Made by a program: the position numbers and the translations under genes. From NCBI GenBank assembly GCA_951406725.2, contig OX597819.1:88288001-88352000 (forward strand): 64,000 nt of DNA. The letters are read 5' to 3'. Below are positions 37,796 through 52,134 of this stretch, in pieces. The notes below the pieces were generated by a model. It ran no database searches. It was not told the origin of the DNA and saw nothing but the letters and a program-made list of their open reading frames with translations. This DNA is from Octopus vulgaris. Lineage: Eukaryota. How positions within the stretch are numbered: the first letter of the stretch is position 1; each line of letters opens with the position of its first letter.

Positions 37796-39307
37796 GTATG
37801 TCCTTGGTATGATATTAAACTGTATCCGGTGGCGAGATTCCAGTCCAACAGCTCTGGAGTTGTGGGGAGCGTGGAGTCACCTCATCATCACCATTACTCC
37901 CAGGAACGTTCTGATTCGCAACTGTAGTACCTGTCACAGTCCTGTTTATGGGTTAAATACATTTCCCAGGGGTAGAGTAGGTTCCCATTATTTTTGACAA
38001 AGCCGTACGAAAGGCAGCTCCTAAAAGGAGAAAGACACTCTGGCATAAGACTTGCAATAAGAATACTTCCAGCCATATTGCTCTGCTTGTCACTGGAACC
38101 TACAATGGCGCCCGAGAGAGTGGCAAAAGTTTTTGTCACTTGAATCCATTGACGCACAGATGTTTCTCTATCAGAATATGAGACGGCTGTCATCTGACAA
38201 GATGAGGCAATCATCATGTGTGTGTGTTAGTGTGTGTGTGTGTATGTTTGTGTGTGTGTGCGTGCGCGTGCATATATACACACACAATCATATGTATATA
38301 TAGATATAAGTACACACACACACACATATGATTGTGTGTGTATGTGTGTGTGTGTGAGTGTAGAGATACATATTGATGGCCAACTGACAGAGTGGGTAGA
38401 GCAGTGGCTAAATTGCTTTGCGGTAAGTTTCGGCTCTCTTCGCTTTGAGTTCTAATCCTGCTGAGGTTTAATTTACGTTCCATGCCTTCGGGATCAATAG
38501 ACAAAGTACCAATCTTGTATTGCACTCGATTCTTCTACAGAGAAGAAATTAATTATGGCTAGGTAAAGACAGCGTTGGGCTCCGCCAGATCTAAAGACTC
38601 ACAAGACGTGATGCTGTTGATAAAGTTTTCCAACCTATAACTCTAGATTCCCATCGAATATACAGTCTTCTGGCGTTTCTTCTGAAGACTAGATTTTCAT
38701 TTGGGAGAATAATTAGCTTGTCTTCTCATGTCTTCACTGACTTCATAGTTCTCCGGGTGGCTAAATGTAATGATTCTCGCAAGAAGGGGCCAAATTCTTC
38801 CTGGGACGGAGGCTGTGAAGGTGACAAATTAAAAAAGGACTTATATTTAACAAAATTAAGCTATTTAAAAAAAAAATTCCTTAGAGAAGAAAGAAGAATT
38901 TATGGTTACAAACTAATTTGGTTTCTCATTAATAATGTATTGGAGTAGGGGACGAAATTTTATAAATATTTTGCAATATGTTTATCATACTTAGATATAT
39001 TGTTTGAAGCCTATTAACTACGGTATTCGTCTTGAGATAGCATCTCTTATAGACGTTACAGATTAAAAAAAAAAATTATATATCTAGATTTAGTATTTTA
39101 CACAGATTTCTGTTTTAAACTAATGCTGCTTCTATTTTTAGCGTTGCCCCTCTATAAGAGGTATTATTTCTGAACAAATACCGCAGTTAATAGGCTTTCA
39201 ACGATATATCCACGTGGAGAAAGGGGTCCTGGTATTTTTGCACATGGAGAACCCAGGGTTAGGAGGATAATATACAACTCAAGTGAAGTTGGCGGCTATT
39301 AAATTAC

Positions 39308-39518
39308 TTACTCTTTTACTCTTTTACTTGTTTGAGTCATTTGACTGTGGCCATGCTGGAGCACCGCCTTTAGTTGAGCAAATCGACCCCAGAACTTATT
39401 CTTTGTAAGCCCAGTACTTATTCCATTGGTCACTTCTGCCGAACCGCTAAGTTACGGGGACGTAAACACACCACCATCGGTTGTCAAGCGATGTTGGGGG
39501 GCAAACACAGACACACAA

Positions 39519-39570
<52 letters not shown>

Positions 39571-39745
39571 TTATATATACATATATACGACGGGCTTCTT
39601 TCAGTTTCCGTCTACCAAATCCACTCACAAGGCTTTGGTCGGCTCGAGGCTATAGTAGAAGACACTTGCTCAAGGTGCCACGCAGTGAGACTGAACCCGG
39701 AACCATGTGGTTGGTAAGCAAGCTTCTTACCACACAGCCACTCCT
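39308..39745 (-). mobile_element. SINE family 1, full length, internal (CA)n/(TA)n
   Basis: Near-identical to the 47356-47766 reverse complement. Confidence 0.9.
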
Positions 39746-39789
39746 ACTTGTTCATATATTTAATGATAGTAAGTATCGAACTGATGATT

Positions 39790-39960
39790 CTTCCCAGTCG
39801 ATCTTTTTCTGAGAGAAGGGTAACTTGTTTTAATAGCATGTCCGGTTTATCGTCCAGCAATCTATTTTGCTGGTATGTTCATTTTATTTTGACCACCCTC
39901 GAGCGTTCCTTGCAGAATGACAACATCAGTTGACTAAAACGGCCCGTTCAATCCATAAAT
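39790..39960 (-). pseudogene. Highly decayed RTE-type LINE C-terminal fragment
   Basis: Reverse strand VILQGTLEGGQNK resembles the RTE ILQGTLEG.R.RGR motif. Confidence 0.4.
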
Positions 39961-40275
39961 ATTAGAACTGTTTCTTTTGTGTTCTATGCTGTTTGGTAAA
40001 TGACCTACCGATGACATGGATATCTCGTTAACTTTTCTACAGTTTTTTTTACTATAAACAGTGTTCCACATTAAGTGGTAGATTGTAAAATAAGATAAAA
40101 GCAGAATTTTCATCTAAGCAATAGAGCTGCTGGGTAAATAACCTCAGGGGAGTGTTCTGCTAACCAGACACGAATATGGTTGTATTCAGTAAGTAGAAGG
40201 CTCTGCTATTAAGGGATTTCCTCCTGCCATATTGTTGATATTCACAATTCATAATTAGTGTCATTACTTTCACTC

Positions 40276-40369
<94 letters not shown>

Positions 40370-40421
40370 ACACACACACATATAATATACATATATAGTA
40401 AAAGAGTAAAAGAGTAAAGGA

Positions 40422-40456
<35 letters not shown>

Positions 40457-40780
40457 CATATATTCATATATATATATGAACTGTCTAAAGTCGAAAGACG
40501 ACCGTTGTTTTTGTCCTGTTGTTATTATTATTGTTTTTTGTATTTATATTCGTGTAACATCGTCCGTTTTTCTGTCCTTGTTTCGTATACATTCGATCCT
40601 TTTCCCAAGAAATCTAATGCTCGTAGCTTAGTTTTTCCTTGGGGCTGGCCAGATCGGAGCAATCTCAAGATTAATCAGCCGAAATTGCGAGGATGATCCG
40701 GTTCTTGACTGAAGATTAGAGGCTTCGAATGACCCGTCCGTTTTTTGTATCGTCTATTTGAATGTTTTGCGTTCTTGTCC

Positions 40781-40852
<72 letters not shown>

Positions 40853-40857
<5 letters not shown>

Positions 40858-41065
40858 ATCCAAACAAGAAAGCACAAAAAAACACACACAACAACGCGAG
40901 GACGTGGAACAAATATAGTATTATTAGACGCTCAGGAAAGAAGGAAAGAAGGAGGGTTTAACGTTTCGAGCGGAGCTCTTCGTCGGAAACAGAGGAGAAG
41001 GAAAGATCCAGAGAAGGGAAGACAGAGGAAAAAAAATCGTCAACGGTACACACGAGGTCACATTT
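40853..41065 (-). mobile_element. Short (AT)n-embedded element with minimal hammerhead; paralogue at 23983-24175 (+)
   Basis: Reverse strand gttt-CCGACGA-a-gagc(tcc)gctc-GAAA-cg-TT-aaac at 40956-40990; remainder near-identical to 23983-24175. Confidence 0.7.
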
Positions 41066-41146
<81 letters not shown>

Positions 41147-41839
41147 CAAAATTTCACTGTGTGTGAATATAAGTATGTAAACATGTTTCTCCTATCCTTT
41201 TGATGAGTGGAAAAAAAGACGGAAGAAGTCTTCTGATGGGTCGTTTCACTGTTTGTCGGTCGCTTCTTAGAGAGGACGCACCTGGCTTCCTGTGTTAATC
41301 GATAGCATAGCCACTCATATGTCAGTATTAGTTAGTAATTAATGTGAGATTAGAATATATTAAAAGTGGTCATTAAATATCAGTAATCTGTGATGAAATG
41401 ATTATGATTTAGATTAGGCTATTTATAATAAAGTCTATTGAGGTGCGTCGTGTGTTATCTGTTCATTCAGTTAAGTTCACCACTTTAATTATTATTCCAC
41501 ACTTCAAATACAAAGTAATGATTATCCCCACGTAAGCGTGGATCTGCTTGAACAAATTATTCTGCGGTAGTGAAACTCACATATTGGCGTTTTGGTGCAA
41601 AATGCTCTCTTGTATATATCGCCAGCGGGAGATAAATTCCCACCACGTCTACCGCCGAGCCCACCGAATCATGTGATTTCGACCTTCTTTTGTTTTATCA
41701 ATGATGAATGCCAGGCCGCTAGAGATAGCAGTGATTCATCCCCGCCAGCGATATATTGAATAAAATGGCTGTATACATACATACATACATACATACATAC
41801 ATACATACATACATACATACATACATACATACATACATG

Positions 41840-42368
41840 GTGGCTGCCCCCTCGTTATCGAGTATGGCCATTGCACGAAGCTTAATCAATGTTGTTATCG
41901 TGCAATGCCTGTGCAAGAAGATTTTTTTTAAAGTGTGGAAAGGCTGTGCACTGAGTCAATCCCACTCACTAAGCAACAGCAGCCATAATCCGAAAAGATG
42001 AACAAGTCAACATCATCGGTAACCACTGAACCGCAAGTTTTATGTCGGAATTATCCCAGTTACCTGAGTTACCTTCTCCTAGAAGGATACCCTAACAAAG
42101 GCTTGGAGTCCTTCACACCCAATGGTTTAACCGCGCGATCGGGTATTCAGTCCGATTATTTCTATGTCCCCGCGCATGATACAGCATTAAGACATTTATT
42201 GGATGGCCGTTGACTCTCAAGAGTTCCTCTGCCCTTTGACGGGTTTTGTTTTTCATCCCGCAGGGTGTCCAATAAAAAACCTCCTCACCAAGCAAGCTTG
42301 GTGGGGTTGCCGGTTTAGTCGCCGACGACCCGACCATGCAACAGGTTGCACTCGAAAGTGACCTGACA
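41840..42368 (-). mobile_element. Probable RTE-derived non-autonomous retroelement
   Basis: GC-richer block between microsatellites with accttctcctagaagga..ccctaacaaaggc, an RTE-UTR-like motif as I recall it; a related motif lies near 910-945. Confidence 0.4.
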
Positions 42369-42397
42369 TGCATATATATATATATACATACATACAT

Positions 42398-42446
<49 letters not shown>

Positions 42447-42554
42447 ACATACACATACATACCTACAGACAGACAAACATATAGTATGTATGTAAGTATG
42501 TATGTGTGTGTTTATGCATGTATGTATTTGTATGTGTGTGTATGTCTGTATGCA

Positions 42555-44247
42555 TCTCTTATTATAAAAGGCAGATTTTATCTGCCTCCCTTTGGGAGTT
42601 ATACAAATCTACAATATAGGATTTCTTCAATTACAATTTACCTAGCATTTTTAAGAGTACAATGCATCGCGTCATGCCAGGTCCAGTTTCTAAAATTTAA
42701 ACTCCAATTAAGCAAAATTTACAGAAAACTCACATTCTGGTGTGTGTGTCAAATGCTTTTCTTAGTCTGGTTTACACCACACGCAAACGCACACACACAC
42801 AAAGGGAGCGAATTGTTTCACTGACGCTATCACCCTTCTCCTCCTTTGTCTTTGCAAGTTTGCAGCTATTAAAGTGAAAACAGTGAATCCGACAGCGATA
42901 AAGAAAACGAATTGGTACCTGAATGGAGTGAAAATTTAAAAACTGTTTCTTTCGGTGAGTTTTCTGAAGAAACTGGACCAAGCCACAGAATTTCCCAGAA
43001 GCCTTAGACTATTTCTATTTACTTTTTCGAATGAGCCTATTTGAAATCATTACGCTAAACGTAAACAAACCGAAAGAAAGGATAGTTTGTTATTTCCCAC
43101 AACCTTAAATGAAATTAAGGCCTATTTTGCCATAAATATTATTATGGGTATCAGAAAGTTACCCAGAATAACAAATTCTATTGTAAAATTTTGTTGTATA
43201 CCCAATTGAATATTAGCTAATAACCCATTTTCTATAGCGATGTTTGAACAAAATTTTAATAATTTTACAGAAAATTACCCAGAATAACAAATTCTATTGT
43301 AAAATTTTGTTGTATACCCAATTGAATATTAGCTAATAACCCATTTTCTATAGCGATGTTTGAACAAAATTTTAATAATTTTACAGAAAATTACCCAGAA
43401 TAACAAATTCTATCGTAAAATTTTGTTGTATACCCAATTGAATATTAGCTAATAACCCATTTTCTATAGCGATGTTTGAACAAAATTTTAATAATTTTAC
43501 AGAAAGTTACCCAGAATAACAAATTCTATCGTAAAATTTTGTTGTATACCCAATTGAATATTAGCTAATAACCCATTTTCTATAGCGATGTTTGAACAAA
43601 ATTTTAATAATTTTACAGAAAGTTACCCAGAATAACAAATTCTATCGTAAAATTTTGTTGTATACCCAATTGAATATTAGCTAATAACCCATTTTCTATA
43701 GCGATGTTTGAACAAAATTTTAATAATTTTACAGAAAGTTACCCAGAATAACAAATTCTATCGTAAAATTTTGTTGTATACCCAATTGAATATTAGCTAA
43801 TAACCCATTTTCTATAGCGATGTTTGAACAAAATTTTAATAATTTTACAGAAAGTTACCCAGAATAACAAACGAGCCCTTCTGGGTGTTTGAACAAAATT
43901 TTAATAATTTTACAGAAAGCGCGCCCAATTGAATCTAGCTAATAACCCATTTTCTATAGCGATGTTTGAACAAAATTTTAATAATTTTACAGAGTCTACG
44001 ATTTTATTAAAAAATTTAAAAAAAATTACCATCATATTTTTCCATTTTAATGCATTTTTTTCGCTTTTATATAAGGGAAGTAACTCTCTAAAAATATCTA
44101 CGATGTGTCAACGATTTAAAGAAAAATTTACCTTAATTTTTTTTCAATTTTTAATGCATTTTTTGCTACTTTTTGGCTATAACTCTCTAAAAATGCTTAT
44201 ATAGTTATTTCCCTTACAACCCGAGCAACGCCGGGCGATACTGCTAG
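42555..44247 (+). mobile_element. Complete non-autonomous Helitron (about 1.7 kb) with internal 116-bp tandem repeats
   Basis: 5' TCtcttattataaa; 3' hairpin cccgagcaacgccggg then CTAG; inserted between A and T (tgcA|TC...CTAG|Tgca), no TSD. Confidence 0.88.
43152..43995. repeat. 116-bp minisatellite, 6 full copies plus rearranged partial copies
   Basis: acccagaataac at 43161, 43277, 43393, 43509, 43625, 43741 and 43857. Confidence 0.95.
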
Positions 44248-44274
44248 TGCATGTATATGGCGATTGCCACTTCT

Positions 44275-44575
44275 TTACAGAAGGACATCTCTTAGATTAG
44301 TAACTGCCGTCATGAGATCTCGTAAAACTTGAAGATCCGGCTTTGGACAAACATATGCAGGCAGGAAAAAATAACTGGGATTGAATTCAAGTATCTTTTT
44401 ACGAAGTGTTCGTTTCAAGATGGATTGTCCGATTCTCCGTCTTTCAAATACTTGACGACCATTGTAGACCACTTATTTCCAAACCGATCGATTTCCGTCA
44501 TCTGCTCCCTGTCTTCAAGATTCAAGCTCAGAGCCTCAAGGTTGTTTTTGACAGAATGCCTAAAATGTTTCAAGT
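44275..44575 (-). pseudogene. RTE/BovB-like LINE ORF C-terminal fragment
   Basis: LKHFRHSVKNNLEALSLNLEDREQM [frameshift] VYNGRQVFERRRIGQSILKRTLRK..YVCP. Confidence 0.65.
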
Positions 44576-44598
44576 AGTAAGTATAGACTGATTAAGTA

Positions 44599-44812
44599 AG
44601 GCGGTGAGGTGGCAGAAACGTTAGCACGCCGGGCGAAATGCTTGCGGTATTTCGTCCATCTTGACGTTTTGAGTTCAAATTCTGCCGAGGTCGACTTTGC
44701 CTTTCATCCTTTCGGGGTCGATGAATAAAGTACCAGTTGCGTACTGGGATCGATCTAATCGACTAGCCCCTCCCCAAAAATTTCGGGCCTTGTGCCCAGA
44801 GTAGAAAAGAGT
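44599..44812 (+). mobile_element. SINE family 2 (tail B), full length
   Basis: ggcggtgaggtggcagaaacgttagc...ggccttgtgcccagagtagaaaag. Confidence 0.85.
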
Positions 44813-44874
44813 ATAAAATAAATAAATGAAGTTGAAAATACGCAGTGGGTGTTTAAGGAGATTTATTGATATTG

Positions 44875-45088
44875 ATTTCAAATTTTGGCACATGGCCAGC
44901 AATTTGGGGGGCGAGGTTAAGTCGATTACATCGAACACAATGCTCAACTAGTACTTATTTTATCAACCCCGAAAGGAATAAAATACAAAATTGACATCAG
45001 GAGAATTTGAACTCAAAACGTAATGACAGATGAAATGCCGCTATGCATTGTACCCAGCGTGCTTAACGATTCTGCCAGCTCACCGCAT
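44875..45088 (-). mobile_element. SINE family 2 (tail B) with probable 15-bp TSD
   Basis: Flanked by agattta(t/c)tg(a/g)tatt. Confidence 0.8.
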
Positions 45089-45446
45089 TAAGATTTACTG
45101 GTATTATTATAAATACACTTCAGCTGTTTAAGATTTGTCTTTGATTTGTTACCTGTTTTAGTCATTAGACTGCGATCAAGCTGGGATATCGCCTTGGAGG
45201 GTTTTGTTCGAACAATTCGACCCCGGTACTTTTTTTTTGTCAAAGCCTGGTGCATACTCTGTCGACCTCTTTTACCGAACCGTTAATTTATGGGGACATA
45301 ATCAAACCAACGCTGGTTGTCAAGTTGTGGTGGGGAACAGACACAGTCGCAAAGAGAAATGCAATAGATATAAGCATATACATACATGCGTACATAAATA
45401 CATACTCACATACATACATACATACATACATACATACATACATACA

Positions 45447-45477
<31 letters not shown>

Positions 45478-45485
45478 CTATATAT

Positions 45486-45524
<39 letters not shown>

Positions 45525-45741
45525 CCAAGAATGCACTATATGTATATATGTGTGTGTATGTGCGCGCGTATGTTTGTGTGTGCGTGTGTGCACGCGCGCG
45601 TATATATATATGTACACACATACACGTACCAAAAATACATGTATGTATGTATATGTGCGTGTATATATATATATACATACTTACATACATACGTACTTAC
45701 ATACATGCATACATACATACATGCATGTATATATATATATG

Positions 45742-45806
<65 letters not shown>

Positions 45807-46432
45807 GTATGTATGTATATATTCTTTCCTTAAGTATAAGTGTTAAAGATAGAACCAAAAAGAAAATAAAGGAAATAAGCCCTGAGTTACTCATTTTCTA
45901 AGTATTTATCAATAGTTCTTTTATAATTGGCAGGGCCCTCGACGATTGTCTGATCACAAAAGCTCCATTGATAGTTGCTGCCCACGCCTCTGGCACACGA
46001 GCGGATATCTTCACTTAAATATCCAGTTACTTCAGTAGTTCCTTTATCTTCGATACCGCTGACATATCACTCTTTAAAACCTCCGTGTTATTAACTTAGG
46101 ATATCTCCCCAAGGATTCACCGACCCTCTAGTTTTCAACAAGAATTCTCTTCTGGTCCACACCAATCTAACACTGAACAATGTTGATGACTTTACCGCTG
46201 TTCCTTACTTTTCTATCGTTCTTGTCCTTTTTTCTTTCTTCCTTTGTTTTTCCTTTTCCGTTTTCTTTTTTGTTTTTTTTTTTGTTCGTTTTTCACCCCA
46301 CGCCACCCAACTTTCTTTTTGTTTGGTTGTTTTGTTATTCAAGTCTCATGATCCAGCTTTCGAGACGCCGGCAGGCGCCAATTTTCTCACTCTAAATGTT
46401 TCATCTACCTATCTATCCATCTACCTACTTAA

Positions 46433-46494
<62 letters not shown>

Positions 46495-46713
46495 CCCTTT
46501 CTCTGTCTCGCTCTCACTAGCTGTCTGTCTATCTATCAGTCTATCTATTTACATCCCTACCTAGTTACCTTCCAATCTACTTACCTACAGGTCTACTTAC
46601 CTACCTATCTATTTACCTACTTACCTACTTACCTTGTCTGTCAATATACCTCTTTCCTACTTGCTTACCAACATATCTACCTATGTATATACCCGTCTCT
46701 CCACTGGTGTCTG

Positions 46714-46780
<67 letters not shown>

Positions 46781-46799
46781 GTCTGTCTGTCTTTCTGAC

Positions 46800-46835
<36 letters not shown>

Positions 46836-47262
46836 AATTTTATAGGCCACTCATCACACCTCCGATGAAAAATCCCGACCGAAACGCCAACTTTCTTTTA
46901 CTGACAGCAAGTTTATATTTCGTGAACTCGCTTGGCTTATTCGGATTACCTTTTTGATTGTTCACATTCTTCTGTTTCACTTCGAACTTTGTATTTGCAA
47001 ACGTACAAAATCTTATTCGTTCAATGAGTTTTTCTTTCTTTTACGAGGACGGAACCAAATTTTGGTAAACTTTATCGTTTATTCTTTACTCGTTACAGTG
47101 AACATGCTGGGGCAACGCCTTGAAGGGCTTAGTCGAAAAAATCGAATCCAATATTTGTTACTTGTTCTAGACGTAAGCAAACCAACACCGGTCGTCAAGC
47201 GTGGTGTAGGACAATCCCAAAGACACATGTGTGCGTGTGCGCGTGTCATTGGGAACATAGCA

Positions 47263-47326
<64 letters not shown>

Positions 47327-47355
47327 TTGAGGATATTATCACTAAAATGATTATA

Positions 47356-47766
47356 GGCGCAGGAGTGGCTGTGTGGTAAGTAGCTTGCTAACCAACCACA
47401 TGGTTCCGGGTTCAGTCCCACTGCGTGGCATCTTGGGCAAGTGTCTTCTGCTATAGCCCCGGGCCGACCAATGCCTTGTGAGTGGATTTGGTAGACGGAA
47501 ACTAAAAGAAGCCTGTCGTATATATGTATATATATATATGTATGTGTTTGTGTGTCTGTGTTTGTCCCCCCTAGCATTGCTTGACAATCAATGCTGGTGT
47601 GTTTACGTCCCCGTCACCTAGCGGTTCGGCAAAAAGAGACCGATAGAATAAGTACTGGGCTTACAGAGAATAAGTCCCGGGGTCGATTTGCTCGACTAAA
47701 GGCGGTGCTCCAGTATGGCCGCAGTCAAATGACTGAAACAAGTAAAAGAGTAAAAGAGTAAAAGAG
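47356..47766 (+). mobile_element. SINE family 1, full length (tRNA head, CORE-like domain, internal microsatellite, (gagtaaaa)n tail)
   Basis: A box TGGCTGTGTGG, B box GGTTCAGTCCC, gtggcatcttgggcaagtgtctt CORE-like block. Confidence 0.9.
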
Positions 47767-48716
47767 AGTATATCAGTGGCTAGCGTTAAAAAACCCCACC
47801 ATATCGATAAAATTAATTTTTAGGTATATAATTATGAAAATATAATTATAATTAAGGGTGCCGGAATGCCAACAACTATACGCTAGAAGTAGAAGTGAAA
47901 TGTCCACAAGACTCTAAATTTGTTCTCTATTTACAACCCAAGGCCAAATGTGAGGTAATGAGCAAGAAAGTATATATAGAGAGATTGGGGGGGGGGAGGA
48001 AAGAGAGAGAGAGGGAGAGAAGCATATACGAACGGGCTTCCACAAAGTTTCCGTCTACTAAATTCACTCACGTCTACTAAATTCACTCAGCCAGGGGTTG
48101 TAGTAGAAGACATTTGCCCAAGGTGCCGCCGCTCAGTGGAACCGAGACCAGGTGATTGCGAAGCAAGCTTCTTAACAATACAGTCATACCTACACTTACT
48201 CAGTTATTTGGTGGGGAAAAGAAAGTGTGAGGATGTGGTGATTATTCCTTTCATAAAAGTATCAGCGATATAGATTAAGTGGCATAGCTCTACTTGGAGA
48301 CACTGGAAGGTAGACATGAATGGGTGCGTATAACGGTGTGTGGTGTAAACAATGACGGGGGTGTGGACGGTCATTGGGTACATAGCATAATACAAACAAT
48401 GCGATAGCTTTCCTGCTTTTCTTGAACTTTATCCCTTCTCTCCTGACCTTTCTGCTCTCCACTTTCTGACAAAGAGCTATGCTCGAAACGTTATACACCC
48501 ACTGTTTTTTACATATTATACTGAGCGTCAACCTAGTGCATTCCACGTGGTATACGTACCTTTGACTCTTGTTGTTTTCTTGTTTTTAAAGAAATATATA
48601 TATATATATATGTGTGTATGTATGTATGTATGTATGTATGTATGTATGTATGTATGTATGTATGTATGTATGTATGTATGTATGAATGTATGTATGTATG
48701 TATGTGTGTACGTATG

Positions 48717-48750
<34 letters not shown>

Positions 48751-48837
48751 TGTATGTATGTATGTATGTATGTATGTATGTATGTATGTATGTGTGTATG
48801 TATGTATGTCTATCCATCTATCATATATATATAGCAA

Positions 48838-49002
48838 AGCGCAGGGGGTGGCTGTGTGGTGAGTGGTTTGCTTCCTAACAACATGGTTCCGAGTTCAGTA
48901 GCAGGGCGTCGCAGCTAGAGCAAATATTCGCTATTATAGCCGCGGGTCGACCAAAGCCTTGTTAATGAATTCGGTAAAAGGAAACTGAAAGGAGCCCATC
49001 GG

Positions 49003-49061
<59 letters not shown>

Positions 49062-49320
49062 CATATATAAATGCATACATGAGTGTGCGTCTTTTTTGTC
49101 TGTATATGTCTTTGACCCACACCGCCGCTTGACAACCGGTGTTGGTGTGTTTACGTTCCCGTAACATTAACATCGCGGTTCGGCAAAAGAAAACTGATAG
49201 AATAAATATCATCAGTCTTAGAAAATAAATTACAACGGGGACAGATTCGTTCGACTAAAACCTCTTCAAGGCGATGCTACAGCATGGCTGCAGTCAAATG
49301 ACTACAGCAAGTAAAAGATG
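48838..49320 (+). mobile_element. SINE family 1, diverged full length
   Basis: Colinear with 47356-47766; long internal (AT)n. Confidence 0.8.
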
Positions 49321-49603
49321 ATAGATGATAAATAAAATGTCATAGAATACTCAATATTGTAATAATAGAGCAGCGGCGTACCTCACGGATAAGGGGCGGT
49401 TTGATTCAAGCGTCGCTTTTACTGGGGGCAGCACTTTTTGTTGTACAGTATAAGCCTGTATATGCGTGGGAACCTCCTGGGGGCGGGGAACTCAAGGGGC
49501 TGTTCAGAGCGGTACAAACACTCGATACGTCACTGCAATAGAACTGTACAAATGTGGTCTGTATTCGTAGATAATAAATAATCTGTTGCGTGTGTGTGTA
49601 TGT

Positions 49604-49643
<40 letters not shown>

Positions 49644-49763
49644 ATGTGTGTGTGTGTGGATGTTGATGTGCGCGCGCGTAAGGGTGAGAGAGAGAGAGAG
49701 ACTGCATGCGTGTATAATGTATAGATATATGTGAGTGTAGTGTGTGCATGTATGTACGTGTTA

Positions 49764-49812
<49 letters not shown>

Positions 49813-49914
49813 TGTAGATAGACAGATAGATAGATGGCATACATACGAGTGTATCAATGTGTATGTTTGTACGTGTATGTGTGATGTATGCAAGTGCATA
49901 CATATTCTCCCTTT

Positions 49915-50128
49915 TTCTCTCTTTTACTTGTTTCAGTCATTTGACTGTGATCATTCTGGAGCACCGCCTTTAGTCGAGCAAATCGACCCCAGGACTTATT
50001 GTTTGTAAGCCTAGTACTTATCCTATCGGTCTCTTCTGCCGAACCGCTAAGTTACGGGGACGTAAACACACCAGCATCGGTTGTCAAGCGATGTTGAGGG
50101 ACATACACAGACACACAAAAATACACAG

Positions 50129-50171
<43 letters not shown>

Positions 50172-50337
50172 CATATATACAACGGGCGTCTTTCAGTTTC
50201 CGTCTACCAAATCCACTCACAAGTCTTTGGTCGGCTCGAGACTATAGTAGAAGACACTCGCCCAAGGTGGAACGCAGTGGTACTGAACCCGGAACCATGT
50301 GGTTCGTAAGCAAGCTACTTACCACACAGCCACTCCT
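49915..50337 (-). mobile_element. SINE family 1, full length
   Basis: Colinear on the reverse strand. Confidence 0.9.
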
Positions 50338-50593
50338 ACATATGCGGATGCATATGCGTGCTAGCGGCTGTGTGTGTGTCTGAGTTTTCGTAAAGTTTTC
50401 TTCTTTTTTGTTTTTGTTATGGCTGGCGATTATTATTTAGCGTTTTAAAATGACATTTGTATGTTAAATATTTTGTGTAGTGGAGATACAAAAGAAAGAG
50501 GAAAGTGAATCCAAACTCACCGACTTTCGATTCACTTTTAAAAATTCATTGTATCTGCACCTGCACAATATTTTATATCTATATACGCGGTAG

Positions 50594-51160
50594 CATACAT
50601 ACATACATACATACATACATACATACAGACATGCATGCATGCATACATACATAATACATACATACATACATACATACATACATACATACATGCATACATA
50701 CATACGTACATACATACATACATGCATACATACATACATGCATACATACATACATGCATACATACATACATACATACATACATAAATACATACATACAAA
50801 CATACATAAATACATACATACATACATACATACATACATACATACATACATACATACATACATACATACATACATACATACATAAATACAAACATACATA
50901 CATACATAAATACAAACATTCATACATACAAAATACATACAAACATACATACACGCATACATACACAATACATATATACATGCATGCATGCATACATACA
51001 TACATACATACATACATACATACATACATACATGCATGCATACATACACAATACATATATACATGCATGCATGCATACATACATACATACATACATACAT
51101 ACATACATACATACATACATACATACATACATACATACATACATACATACATACATACAT
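50594..51160. repeat. Long imperfect (ATAC)n microsatellite
   Basis: Directly visible. Confidence 0.95.
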
Positions 51161-51699
51161 AAGTGTCGCAGATAGATAAGATTAGCTGCATTTCTTCAAA
51201 GAAACATGTGCATACCCACCCAAAACACATACACACATACACACGCACACAGACACACACGCGCGCACGCACACACACACATACACATATGAAATATACT
51301 CACACACACACAAACGCTCGCATGCACCTGAACGCACTCAGATGCGTTTGTATAAAGATGCGTTTAAAGACAGATGCGTTTGTATAAAGTTATGAGTGCG
51401 CGCGCAGACACACATACATGCACGCACTCGTACACACACACACACACACATATATATATGCACACACACACACGCACATATACACATGAACGTGCGCACA
51501 CACACACATACGCGAACATAAATAGGTAAGATCAGTGCATTTATAAAAAGAACCATGTGTACGCACGCACACGCATGCACACACATATGAAATATACTCT
51601 CTCACACACACAAACGCGCGCATGCACATGAATGGATAGCTAAGACAGATGCGTTTGTATAAAGATATGTGTGCGTGCGCAGACACATACACACACATA

Positions 51700-52032
51700 C
51701 ATGTACACACACACACTCACGTACACACGCACACACTCACACACACACACTCACGTACACACGCATACACACACACTCACGTACACACGCTCACGTACAC
51801 ACGCACGCACACTCACGTACACACACACATACACACACACACACGTCACGTACACACGCACACACACTCACGTACACACGCACGTACACACACTCACATA
51901 CACTCACGTACACACGCACACACACACTAACGTACACACACACACACACACTCACGTACACACGCACACACACACTCACGTACACACGCACACACACACA
52001 CACACACACATACACACTAACGTACACACGCA
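51700..52032. repeat. (CA)n-derived minisatellite, cacactcacgtacacacg units
   Basis: About ten recurrences of ctcacgtacaca/ctaacgtacaca. Confidence 0.85.
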
Positions 52033-52134
52033 TATTGGCCAACATGCTACAGAGTACTTTTTGGGGGTAGCAGCAAACATTTTCCTTCATATACGCCATG
52101 TCCTCACTGTTGTTTTTTTACATAATTTTTTTTT

